Source of the DNA: a virus
Taxonomy: Duplodnaviria; Caudoviricetes
Reading direction: 5' to 3' (one strand)
IMG/VR virus record: IMGVR_UViG_3300034147_000039
Location: 1 to 59,569 of that record
Length of the DNA: 59,569 nucleotides
The notes under the pieces are model-generated. The model was not told the DNA's origin, made no database searches, and was given only the letters and a program-made list of their open reading frames with translations. Below are positions 27,519-35,375 of the stretch, one piece after another. The position numbers and the translations under genes are program-made. Each line of letters starts with the position of its first letter. Within the stretch, counting starts at the first letter, position 1.

Positions 27519-27851
27519 ATGAAATTGGAAACGGCAGAAAGAATCGTGAACCTTGTCTGGAACAAGCCACGCAACACCGTCGAGGCGATCAAGATCCTTC
27601 GATACGAAACCCACTTCGACCTCGAGGAGGCCAGGGACTACCTCAATCGAGGCGAGATCGGCGGACAGGCGCTTCTGGTTCGTCTCGTTGCTGACTTTGT
27701 TGCGACCCCGGAAACTCAGCTGGATACGGCGAAGAGGATGGCGGCGTACTGGAACCAGCGCGTCGAAGAGTTGACGGCTGAGGTCGAAGAAATGGAAAGC
27801 GGGCTCGTTTCGGCGATGCGTGAGCGAGGAGCGATCACCGATGAGCGCTGA
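27519..27851 (+). CDS. Protein with ribosomal bL12 C-terminal-like motif plus coiled coil
   Basis: 'VEAIKILRYETHFDLEEARDYLN' resembles the 'AIK..R..T...L.EAK..V' motif. Confidence 0.45.
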   Translation: MKLETAERIVNLVWNKPRNTVEAIKILRYETHFDLEEARDYLNRGEIGGQALLVRLVADFVATPETQLDTAKRMAAYWNQRVEELTAEVEEMESGLVSAMRERGAITDER

Positions 27852-28506
27852 CAACTTCTACGTCCTTCGTCGACATCCCAAGGGCGGATTTGCCTTGGTG
27901 ATGGGGTTCGCATCGACCGAATCATTGGATGTTGACGTGCGGGATCACCATACGCAGTTTGCGTCGATCAGAGAGGCTCTGAGGGCCTTCTCAGAGGGCC
28001 AGGATCTCGTGAACGACGAGGAAATGTACCCTGAGTACTACTGCGAATACGGTCTGCGGGTACATCCGGAGCTCTTCACATCAACTCAAGAGCTCACCGC
28101 ACGACTTCATTCCACGACAGACGCAATGGTGTGGGCGACCGAGTTCTGCAAGCTGTTTTTGGTGCTCACTCGGGAAGGATGTGTCCTTGGTGACGAAGGC
28201 ACGATGGTTGGCTGGTTCGCCAATGCCATCGAGATAGGTCGTTCGGCAGGACAAGAGGTCACATCAATACCTCAAACCGGTTACGTCTACTACCGGTGCC
28301 AGAAGTGCGGGACAATGACGCCTCCGAAGCAGCTCGAACCGTCGGATGATCTCGGTCCTCATGACTACGACTGTGCTTGCTGGAAGGGACCGGTTTGGCA
28401 ACGCGGTGTGTGGCGTCCTGAGGAGAGGATCCAGCCAGAGAGCTTCTTGGTCCAGGATCAAACGGGAAAGCAATACGAGATCCAAGACCACCTGAGGGGG
28501 GAATGA
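27841..28506 (+). CDS. Hypothetical protein with Zn ribbon
   Basis: RBS GAGGAG; CQKC...CAC. Confidence 0.65.
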   Translation: MSADNFYVLRRHPKGGFALVMGFASTESLDVDVRDHHTQFASIREALRAFSEGQDLVNDEEMYPEYYCEYGLRVHPELFTSTQELTARLHSTTDAMVWATEFCKLFLVLTREGCVLGDEGTMVGWFANAIEIGRSAGQEVTSIPQTGYVYYRCQKCGTMTPPKQLEPSDDLGPHDYDCACWKGPVWQRGVWRPEERIQPESFLVQDQTGKQYEIQDHLRGE

Positions 28507-28712
28507 TGAAGCAGGATCGACGCATCGTCACTTCGATGATCCTTCAGGTCACATCGATGCTGGCCTCGAGTGACGGTTCAATCCGAGTCACTTGTGGCGG
28601 TGATCAGCTCTCAGTTGGTGAGGTCGAGTTCGATTGGCCGATGGGGAAAGAGCCGCCGAGGATTCGTCAAGAACTTTGTATTCGAATAGAAGAGGAAGAC
28701 AATCGAGCCTGA
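28503..28712 (+). CDS. Hypothetical protein
   Basis: Coupled start. Confidence 0.55.
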   Translation: MMKQDRRIVTSMILQVTSMLASSDGSIRVTCGGDQLSVGEVEFDWPMGKEPPRIRQELCIRIEEEDNRA

Positions 28713-28726
28713 AAGGGGCTGATGAA

Positions 28727-28963
28727 ATGACCATCAACGTAACGGAACTGGTTGCTGAACAGCTCGCTGACGGCGACTTCGTCCTCGAACTGAACGATCC
28801 ACGCCGAGGGGGCTGGCTCGAGATCAACATCGCTGTCGAAGCGGTTGATACTCCTGTCGGTGACGGCCAAGTCGACCTTACTTGGGACGACGGTTTGACC
28901 GGCCGCTATTCCAAGGACCAACGGTTCCGCATTCGCTCACGCGGGTGCACAAGATCTGCTTAG
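28727..28963 (+). CDS. Hypothetical protein
   Basis: RBS GAAAGGGG. Confidence 0.55.
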   Translation: MTINVTELVAEQLADGDFVLELNDPRRGGWLEINIAVEAVDTPVGDGQVDLTWDDGLTGRYSKDQRFRIRSRGCTRSA

Positions 28964-29058
28964 GGCCTGTGTGACGCCCTGGCAGAGTAGCGGGAAGGAG
29001 GTGATAACGTTGTGACCGGCGGCTAAAGCCCGCCAATGGTTGGGGAAATTACAGCACA

Positions 29059-29117
29059 GTTGTGGAAGGGCTCCGGCTGCCCCCGTCGGGGTCCTTCTAC
29101 AGCGCATATAATTTTTG
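29059..29117 (+). terminator. 19-bp hairpin terminator
   Basis: 29059-29077 pairs with 29085-29103 (5 G.U, no mismatch), then T-tract. Confidence 0.75.
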
Positions 29118-29168
29118 TCCTCGCATGGATTACATGGAATATAATGAGTACTGACCGAAAGGACTGTA

Positions 29169-29351
29169 ATGACCGCTAATCAAATTCGAGCCGCAATATA
29201 CGCCGAGTATGAGCGTGTAGCCGCTGAACTGAAGGAGAAGATGGAAAAAGAAAGCAAAACCGATTATGAGGTGATGCTTGATAATCCATTCCTCGCCGGA
29301 CAAATTCACGTGCTAAACAACATAACTCGTGCCGCGATGATGGCCAAGTGA
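29169..29351 (+). CDS. Small cassette protein
   Basis: Promoter, RBS GAAAGGA, terminator. Confidence 0.7.
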   Translation: MTANQIRAAIYAEYERVAAELKEKMEKESKTDYEVMLDNPFLAGQIHVLNNITRAAMMAK

Positions 29352-29474
29352 TTGTAATCCAACAGAACAACCGAAGAACTCAAAAGGAGAGTGCCTAACA
29401 AGCATTCTCTTTTTTGTCTCGCATAGATTACAACGCATATTATGAGAGAAACCAACCATTAAAGGAGAATCATA

Positions 29475-29699
29475 ATGACTAGGATCGAAGAGATCTTGAC
29501 ATTTGTGTCGGCTGAGATGGAGGCTCACGATATCGAAGACACCGTCGAGAATCGCCTCGCATTCCTAGAAGGAGTGCAAAAGGCGTGGAACGAAGACGAA
29601 GAAGTCAATATCGAGAAGACCTTCTACCAACTGGCACTCATGGGCGAGATCCACTGTCTGAGGTTGAGACTGATGTTCCCCCGAATCATGGGGAGTTGA
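29475..29699 (+). CDS. Small acidic cassette protein
   Basis: Promoter, RBS AAAGGAG, terminator. Confidence 0.7.
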   Translation: MTRIEEILTFVSAEMEAHDIEDTVENRLAFLEGVQKAWNEDEEVNIEKTFYQLALMGEIHCLRLRLMFPRIMGS

Positions 29700-29801
29700 A
29701 CCCAAAAGCGAAGTACCACGAACACGGTATTTCGTTTTTGCCCTCGCAGAAAATACACGCAATATAATGAGAGAAGAACCCCGACTAATAAGGAGCACAT
29801 A

Positions 29802-29981
29802 ATGAAGAATGTCGTGAACCGCAGCAGGAACTTCGTTCGTCGCAACCGCAACACCATTGTTGCCGTGGGAGCACTGGGAACAGTGATCGTCCTGCAGCAG
29901 CAAGGGATTCGGTCGTTGAACGCGTTCCTCAAGGACAACGGCTTGTTCGAGCAGTACTACCTGCCCGAGACGGAAGTCTGA
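29802..29981 (+). CDS. 59-aa cassette membrane protein (not in ORF track)
   Basis: RBS AAGGAG; MKNVVNRSRNFVRRNRNTIVAVGALGTVIVL... Confidence 0.7.
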   Translation: MKNVVNRSRNFVRRNRNTIVAVGALGTVIVLQQQGIRSLNAFLKDNGLFEQYYLPETEV

Positions 29982-30070
29982 TCGCAAAGCCAAGACCCCA
30001 CAAGGGTTTTGGTTTTTCTCGCATGAATTACAGGCCATATAATGAGAGACCTACTATTAAGGAGAGAGCA

Positions 30071-30316
30071 ATGAAGAAGTTCGATCGTATTAAGAAGTTT
30101 GTCGTAGATCACCAAGAGGGAATCGTAATGACCGGCGTTGTTGCCGGCGCGGTAGCTCTGTATGCAGTCGCATTGAAACTGGCCATCAACCAGTACAATG
30201 ACGAACTCGCATTCGAGCAGGCGCGCCAGAACAAGCTGATGGATGCGGTCACTCGTGGAGACACGATACTTCCCAACAGCGACGGATCCTTCTGGATCCT
30301 ACCGAAGGCAAGTTGA
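30071..30316 (+). CDS. Small cassette membrane protein
   Basis: RBS AAGGAG; amphipathic start then TM. Confidence 0.7.
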   Translation: MKKFDRIKKFVVDHQEGIVMTGVVAGAVALYAVALKLAINQYNDELAFEQARQNKLMDAVTRGDTILPNSDGSFWILPKAS

Positions 30317-30371
30317 ATCAAAAGGAGAGTACCAAACAGGTATTCTCTTTTTTTCTTTGATGGGAGAAGAA

Positions 30372-30557
30372 ATGACAGCCAAAGGTCTTGAGAACTATCT
30401 GAAAGAAGTAATAGCAGCAGGCGAAATTGTCGTAGCCGAATTGTCAAAACACGGTTGGGGTGATTTGCATTATCAAGTAGATGCCCCACAACAACAAAGT
30501 GTCCGAGAGGCCATCGAAACATGGCGAAAGGTGGTACCAGAAAATGAAAGTCGTTAA
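30372..30557 (+). CDS. Hypothetical protein
   Basis: RBS GGGAG. Confidence 0.55.
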   Translation: MTAKGLENYLKEVIAAGEIVVAELSKHGWGDLHYQVDAPQQQSVREAIETWRKVVPENESR

Positions 30558-31029
30558 TTGTGAAGGTGTTCGGAGAGATCGAGACGGGGCCAAGTACTGT
30601 GGACGTCCTGGCCCTCTTGGGAATCCATACACCATGCTCACCGAAGCTGATCGTGACTCTGTGTGTGATCAGTATCAGGTGTTCTTCGATTGGAAGATCC
30701 AAACTGATTCTCGATTCCGTAAGATGGTGCTGGAATTGCAGGGATACGACCTGGCTTGTTGGTGCGCACCGAAGAGGTGCCATTGCGACACCATCCTTGC
30801 GTGGTTGTTGAGTGACGACGCCAAGATTGTCGATACTCCTCGAGTGACTCGACTGAAGAATGGCGATTGGTCGTTTGGTCATGCTGGGACACACGAAGGG
30901 AATGGGACTGAGGATTGTCCAGCTGAACCACATCACCACCATGACATCTTCTGTGCCGATCCGACCTTTTACGAATTGCATCTGGCAGGAATTGATCACA
31001 AGAAGTTCAAGGTGAGGAGTAGAGCGTGA
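30544..31029 (+). CDS. DUF4326-like protein
   Basis: 'Y.GRP...GNPY...EL.G.DLACWCAP..CH.D.I'. Confidence 0.8.
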   Translation: MKVVNCEGVRRDRDGAKYCGRPGPLGNPYTMLTEADRDSVCDQYQVFFDWKIQTDSRFRKMVLELQGYDLACWCAPKRCHCDTILAWLLSDDAKIVDTPRVTRLKNGDWSFGHAGTHEGNGTEDCPAEPHHHHDIFCADPTFYELHLAGIDHKKFKVRSRA

Positions 31030-31412
31030 GCGATGAATTAGGGAAACTAACTCCTTGTGTGAACGAAAAATGCGATCGTATGGCGGTGGCGTTGTATTGT
31101 TGTATAGGATGTCAAATTAATACTGGGGCATGGCATACTGATGATGAAGCAGTTCATTCTCTTTATTGTCATGATCGTGAACAACGGCGACTAGCTTCTA
31201 TTCAACAAGCAGCTGTTGTACAAGCACAAGAAGCTTCGCCAGAAGGAGTGTGGTTCGTATATGGGATTGATACTATGCCGTATCCCATAATGGTGAACAA
31301 AGACGAGGTGGACGCACGGCGATTTGCGAATGAGCTCGGCTATTTCGTATATGTAAAGTTCTGGCCATTCGGTGTGAAATTCGACGAGATTGATTTCGAG
31401 GAGGGAAGATGA
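31026..31412 (+). CDS. Hypothetical Cys-rich protein
   Basis: GTGA coupling; RBS GAGGAG. Confidence 0.6.
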   Translation: MSDELGKLTPCVNEKCDRMAVALYCCIGCQINTGAWHTDDEAVHSLYCHDREQRRLASIQQAAVVQAQEASPEGVWFVYGIDTMPYPIMVNKDEVDARRFANELGYFVYVKFWPFGVKFDEIDFEEGR

Positions 31413-31609
31413 TACAACCTAGAGACGCAGTATTTGATCATTTCGGTTGGTATTTTCGAGTGTATTACGGGTCGACTACCAGACAACAACGCATGTTTAC
31501 TACGAGGGTCAATGGGCTTCGAGGTGTGAGCCATGGTGTAACCCTTCGACTTCGTGGTGATAAATGTGTAGGTATGCAAATTCGGAAAAACGCTAAGGAG
31601 GGAAGATGA
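31409..31609 (+). CDS. Hypothetical protein
   Basis: ATGA coupling; RBS GGAGG. Confidence 0.55.
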   Translation: MIQPRDAVFDHFGWYFRVYYGSTTRQQRMFTTRVNGLRGVSHGVTLRLRGDKCVGMQIRKNAKEGR

Positions 31610-31848
31610 AAGCTTTGCTTGTTCTTTTGATGGAGTTTCCAAATGACGGGTCTTGGGAGGAACTGAACGAGACGTTCACGGCGTGTCAAGAAGTTCCCTA
31701 TGCGGGAGAACGGTATCTGGTCCTCGGTGAAGAGGACATGGAGGGCATTCTGCAGATAGCCAAATACAAGATCATTGCGAAGGAGGGTACTAACAAGGAC
31801 GGAGTGGTTGGCACAGAGATTTCTATAAGGAAGGAAACGGATGGATAA
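31606..31848 (+). CDS. Hypothetical protein
   Basis: ATGA coupling; RBS AAGGAGG. Confidence 0.6.
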   Translation: MKALLVLLMEFPNDGSWEELNETFTACQEVPYAGERYLVLGEEDMEGILQIAKYKIIAKEGTNKDGVVGTEISIRKETDG

Positions 31849-32014
31849 ACTAACACTTAAGTCAGGCAAGGATCGCTGTCCGAATTGTGGGGAACCTACT
31901 ACTTCTGCCTGCTCAATCATTGGAGAAGGGCCAGAGGCTATTCGATGCCCCAACTGTTGTGACCATCCTAAGCCACATTTCATGACTATTAAATTTGGAG
32001 AGGGAGATGAGTAA
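31841..32014 (+). CDS. 57-aa Zn-ribbon protein (not in ORF track)
   Basis: CPNC...CPNC; stop overlaps next ATG. Confidence 0.6.
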   Translation: MDKLTLKSGKDRCPNCGEPTTSACSIIGEGPEAIRCPNCCDHPKPHFMTIKFGEGDE

Positions 32015-32229
32015 TGAAAGCCCAAGTTCGTATAAAACGCGAACAATTAGAAAAGGCTTCCGACGAACAGCAAGAGTATCTGTGGCAGTACCCAAACACT
32101 GCTCCTGGTCGGTGGCGAGTAACTCTTTTAACGTCTCTTGATACTGGCGACATGTTAGTCTTCATAGAAGGAGACACAGAGCCGGTTCAAGATTGGCTCA
32201 AAGTAATCATGCCAATAGCTGAATTATGA
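32014..32229 (+). CDS. Hypothetical protein
   Basis: TAATG coupling. Confidence 0.6.
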   Translation: MKAQVRIKREQLEKASDEQQEYLWQYPNTAPGRWRVTLLTSLDTGDMLVFIEGDTEPVQDWLKVIMPIAEL

Positions 32230-32240
32230 GGAGGTGAGTA

Positions 32241-33422
32241 ATGGAATTGATGCCGCACCAGAAGGATGCGATAACCAAGCTAAGCAATGGCAAGATCCTG
32301 TGGGGTGGTGTCGGCACTGGTAAGACGATAACCGTATTAGCTTATTACATGGAAAAGGAAGCACCGAGGGACATATATGTCATCACAACTGCCAAGAAAC
32401 GAGACTCCCTTGACTGGGAAAGAGAAGCAGCAAAGTTTGGGATCGGTACTCGCAGAGATGCAACCGTGGCAGGTCGACTTGTTGTTGACTCTTGGAATAA
32501 TATCAAGAAGTACACCGGAGTCGAGGACGCCTTCTTCATCTTCGACGAGCAGAGGCTCGTTGGTGCTGGTGCATGGGTCAAAGCGTTCACTAAGATTGCC
32601 AAGAAGAACGGCTGGCTCCTCCTCACGGCCACACCTGGAGATACTTGGATAGATTACATTCCGGTATTCATTGCAAATGGCCTGTATCGTAATCGGACGC
32701 AGTTTCTAAATGAGCATGTGGTGTACGCACCGCACACTCGCTTCCCGAAGATCGTCAGATACATGGACGTGCGGACGCTCGAGAAGTACCGGAACATGCT
32801 CCTTGTGGAAATGCCATACACCAGTCACACCAAACGTGTCGTTGAGTGGGTAGAGGTCGATCATGACCATGAGGCTCTGAGAAAGGCGATGAAAGAACGA
32901 TGGAACCCATACACAGCGAAGCCAATCCAAGATGCGGGAGAGCTATTTCGGGTTATCCGAAGAATTGTCAACTCATCTTCAAGTCGTCAGGAAGCCCTGG
33001 GGACACTATTGCGTGCGCATCCGTCAATCGTTGTATTTTACAACTTCGACTACGAACTCCGATTGATAATCGACTACCTCGAGAGTATCTCGTACCCCTA
33101 CGCCCAGTGGAACGGCCATCGTCATCAACAGATACCGGAGGGTGATAAGTGGGTCTATGTGGTTCAGTATGTGGCAGGAGCTGAAGGCTGGAACTGTACT
33201 GAGACGGACTCGATGGTGTTCTATTCGCTGAGTTATTCGTACAAGAACTTTGAGCAAGCTCAGGGGAGAATTGACCGTTTGGACACACCTTTCACGACGC
33301 TGTGGTACTACGTATTTGTATCTGATTCCATAGTTGATAGAGCTGTCAGGAGTGCCTTGACGGGCAAGAAACTGTTTAATGAGAGGCGTTGGGCAGTGCA
33401 AAATCTAGGTGATTGGGAGTGA
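32241..33422 (+). CDS. Superfamily 2 (SNF2-like) DNA helicase
   Basis: Q motif 'LMPHQ', Walker A GVGTGKT, 'FIFDE', 'LLTATP', motif VI 'QAQGRIDR'. Confidence 0.9.
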   Translation: MELMPHQKDAITKLSNGKILWGGVGTGKTITVLAYYMEKEAPRDIYVITTAKKRDSLDWEREAAKFGIGTRRDATVAGRLVVDSWNNIKKYTGVEDAFFIFDEQRLVGAGAWVKAFTKIAKKNGWLLLTATPGDTWIDYIPVFIANGLYRNRTQFLNEHVVYAPHTRFPKIVRYMDVRTLEKYRNMLLVEMPYTSHTKRVVEWVEVDHDHEALRKAMKERWNPYTAKPIQDAGELFRVIRRIVNSSSSRQEALGTLLRAHPSIVVFYNFDYELRLIIDYLESISYPYAQWNGHRHQQIPEGDKWVYVVQYVAGAEGWNCTETDSMVFYSLSYSYKNFEQAQGRIDRLDTPFTTLWYYVFVSDSIVDRAVRSALTGKKLFNERRWAVQNLGDWE

Positions 33423-33950
33423 AAAAGTAGGTATGTGGTTTGAGTTTAGTAGGTACAAACCTATCCCGTTTTTCGCATTTTTTGAAATTTTTGAAAAAAG
33501 GTGAAATTTGGGCTCTGAGAAGGGGTCAAAAAGTGGGTCGAAATGGACGAAGAATTGGGCGTAAAATGGGCGAAATTGAGGGGTGTTTCGGAAGGCCAAA
33601 AACGCTTTTTTTAAGAATGTGAAAAAAATTGAATTTTGCATACCTACTAGACCCAAACCACATACCTACTGGAAATGGGTGCAAAAAAGACAAAAATAGC
33701 CTCTGACCTGCGCTTTTGTATTTTACGCACAGTTGGTATGTGGTTTGTTGTTTGGAGTAGGTACAATGTCACAAATTCGGGTCTAAAACTTTCTTTGTAA
33801 AACACGACCTTGTACCTACTCTAGTTGGTATAAACTTAGCTCGCGCGTACAGAGAAAGTAGGTACAACGTTGTAAAAATGAAAAAAGTTTTTAGGGTGTT
33901 TTCTGCGCTTTGTACCTACTACAAAGCACAAACCACATACCTACTCGATT
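33423..33950. other. Putative replication origin: AT-rich non-coding region with nested inverted repeats
   Basis: 33426-33455/33641-33670 and 33731-33765/33911-33945 inverted pairs built from AGTAGGTA units. Confidence 0.6.
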
Positions 33951-33961
33951 AAGGAGAGTGT

Positions 33962-34477
33962 ATGGAAAGCGTCGCAGAAGAAAGATGGAACACAATTTTA
34001 GACTTCCCAATGTACGAAGTTAGTAATTTTGGGGAGATAAGAAACAAAGATTCTGGTAAGGTTTTGAGGCAGAGTAAGAATGGGTATGGGATTGTAAAAG
34101 TTGGCTTGTTCAGAGAAGGGTTTCGTACTTCTCGTAGTGTGGCGTTGTTGGTAGCCGACGCATTTGTGTTCGGTCGTAACGACTTGTGTAATACCCCCAT
34201 CCATTTAAACATGGATCATACTGACAATCGTGCTGATAATTTGAGATGGCGTCCGAGATGGTTTGCGTGGAAATATTCACAGCAATTTGATCGTCCAAGA
34301 ACCGAGCTTACTTCAAAGCCTATTTATGAACACTTAGATAAGGTTTGGTATGATGATGCTTTTGAAGCGGCCATGGTAAATGGTCTTCTTGTTCGAGAGA
34401 TCATAAAATCCATTCACACAACACAGTTCCAACCAGTTTGGCCAACAATGCAACAATTTTCTTTTCTTGGTGAGTAG
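33962..34477 (+). CDS. NUMOD4/HNH homing-endonuclease-like protein
   Basis: 'W..I.DFP.YEVSN.G.IRN' (NUMOD4), 'H..MD..DNRADNL.W' (HNH-like). Confidence 0.8.
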   Translation: MESVAEERWNTILDFPMYEVSNFGEIRNKDSGKVLRQSKNGYGIVKVGLFREGFRTSRSVALLVADAFVFGRNDLCNTPIHLNMDHTDNRADNLRWRPRWFAWKYSQQFDRPRTELTSKPIYEHLDKVWYDDAFEAAMVNGLLVREIIKSIHTTQFQPVWPTMQQFSFLGE

Positions 34478-34485
34478 GTACAATG

Positions 34486-34510
34486 TCGTTGTAAAAACAT
34501 GGGATATAAT
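34486..34510 (+). promoter_or_regulatory. Promoter motif copy 12 (variant), upstream of nuclease-RNAP operon
   Basis: TCGTT-GTAAAA-ACA-TGGG-A-TATAAT, same spacing. Confidence 0.65.
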
Positions 34511-34558
34511 AGGAGGGAGAGTGTGTTTTCTATCCATTTCGTTTTTGTGAGGTAAAAC

Positions 34559-34855
34559 ATGCTTGAGAGCGCCTATCAATTGGAAGTGATCAAAAGATTA
34601 AAGGCCGAGTTTCCTGGTTGTGTCGTGATAATCAACGACCCAAGGAGAACACAAGGAATTCCCGATCTTTTAATTTTGTTTGGTCCTAACTGGGCCATGT
34701 TAGAGGTAAAGGCCGCCTACAATTCACCCTCCAGAGCCAACCAGTCGCATTATGTCGAAGACTACGGACGTATGTCTTACTGCGCATTCATTTTTCCTGA
34801 GAACGAAGAGGAGATATTTAATGAACTTCAATTCGCACTCTGCAATCGAAGGTAA
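34559..34855 (+). CDS. VRR-NUC / Holliday-junction-resolvase-like nuclease
   Basis: 'E...Q...GIPDL...LEVK...Q' PD-(D/E)XK motif. Confidence 0.8.
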   Translation: MLESAYQLEVIKRLKAEFPGCVVIINDPRRTQGIPDLLILFGPNWAMLEVKAAYNSPSRANQSHYVEDYGRMSYCAFIFPENEEEIFNELQFALCNRR

Positions 34856-35375
34856 GCATGCACTTTTGAGCCCTAGTTATTATCATTGGATCAATTATAC
34901 CGAGCAGAAATTAGACGCTCGATTTATAGCGTTCAGAGCAGCCGCTCGAGGAACTGCTCTTCATGCGCTGGCACACCAAGCGATTCGTCTTGGTGTCAAA
35001 CTTTCGAATGCAGATAAGACATTGGCTGCTTATGTCAGAGACGGTATTGGTTATAAGATGGCTGTGGAGCAACCATTATATTACTCAGACAATTGTTTTG
35101 GAACAGCCGACGCCATTTCATTTCGTGCTAATACTTTGAGAATTCATGATTTGAAGACGGGTCTTAATCGTACATCCGAGAATCAACTTTATGTGTATGC
35201 TGCGTTGTTCTGTCTTGAGTATGGATTATCTCCTTTTGAAATCGAAATAGAATGCCGTATTTATCAGGATGGCGAGAAGAAAGTATATGTTCCTGAGCCA
35301 CAGCACATTCTTCGGATAATGGATACCATCATCGAGTTCGATAAGCGCATCGAGTACTTGAAGGAGGCGATCTAG
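34821..35375 (+). CDS. PD-(D/E)XK exonuclease (Cas4/DUF2800-like)
   Basis: 'HALLSPS','GT.LH','FGTAD','IHDLKTG','QL.VYA'. Confidence 0.8.
   Translation: MNFNSHSAIEGKHALLSPSYYHWINYTEQKLDARFIAFRAAARGTALHALAHQAIRLGVKLSNADKTLAAYVRDGIGYKMAVEQPLYYSDNCFGTADAISFRANTLRIHDLKTGLNRTSENQLYVYAALFCLEYGLSPFEIEIECRIYQDGEKKVYVPEPQHILRIMDTIIEFDKRIEYLKEAI

Larger units (their letters stand above)
29121..30355 (+). repeat. Four tandem promoter-ORF-terminator cassettes (promoter copies 8-11 at 29121, 29419, 29744, 30019)
   Basis: ~300-bp period; hairpin+T-tract at ~29382, 29704, 29986, 30320, the first three abutting the next promoter. Confidence 0.85.

Noticed and set aside
29121-30355. CRISPR array or integron
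   Set aside because: Repeats are degenerate promoter/terminator elements separated by ORFs; no cas genes, attC sites or integrase
34821-35375. Cas4 as sign of a CRISPR system
   Set aside because: Stand-alone phage PD-(D/E)XK exonuclease without the Fe-S cysteine set or other cas genes
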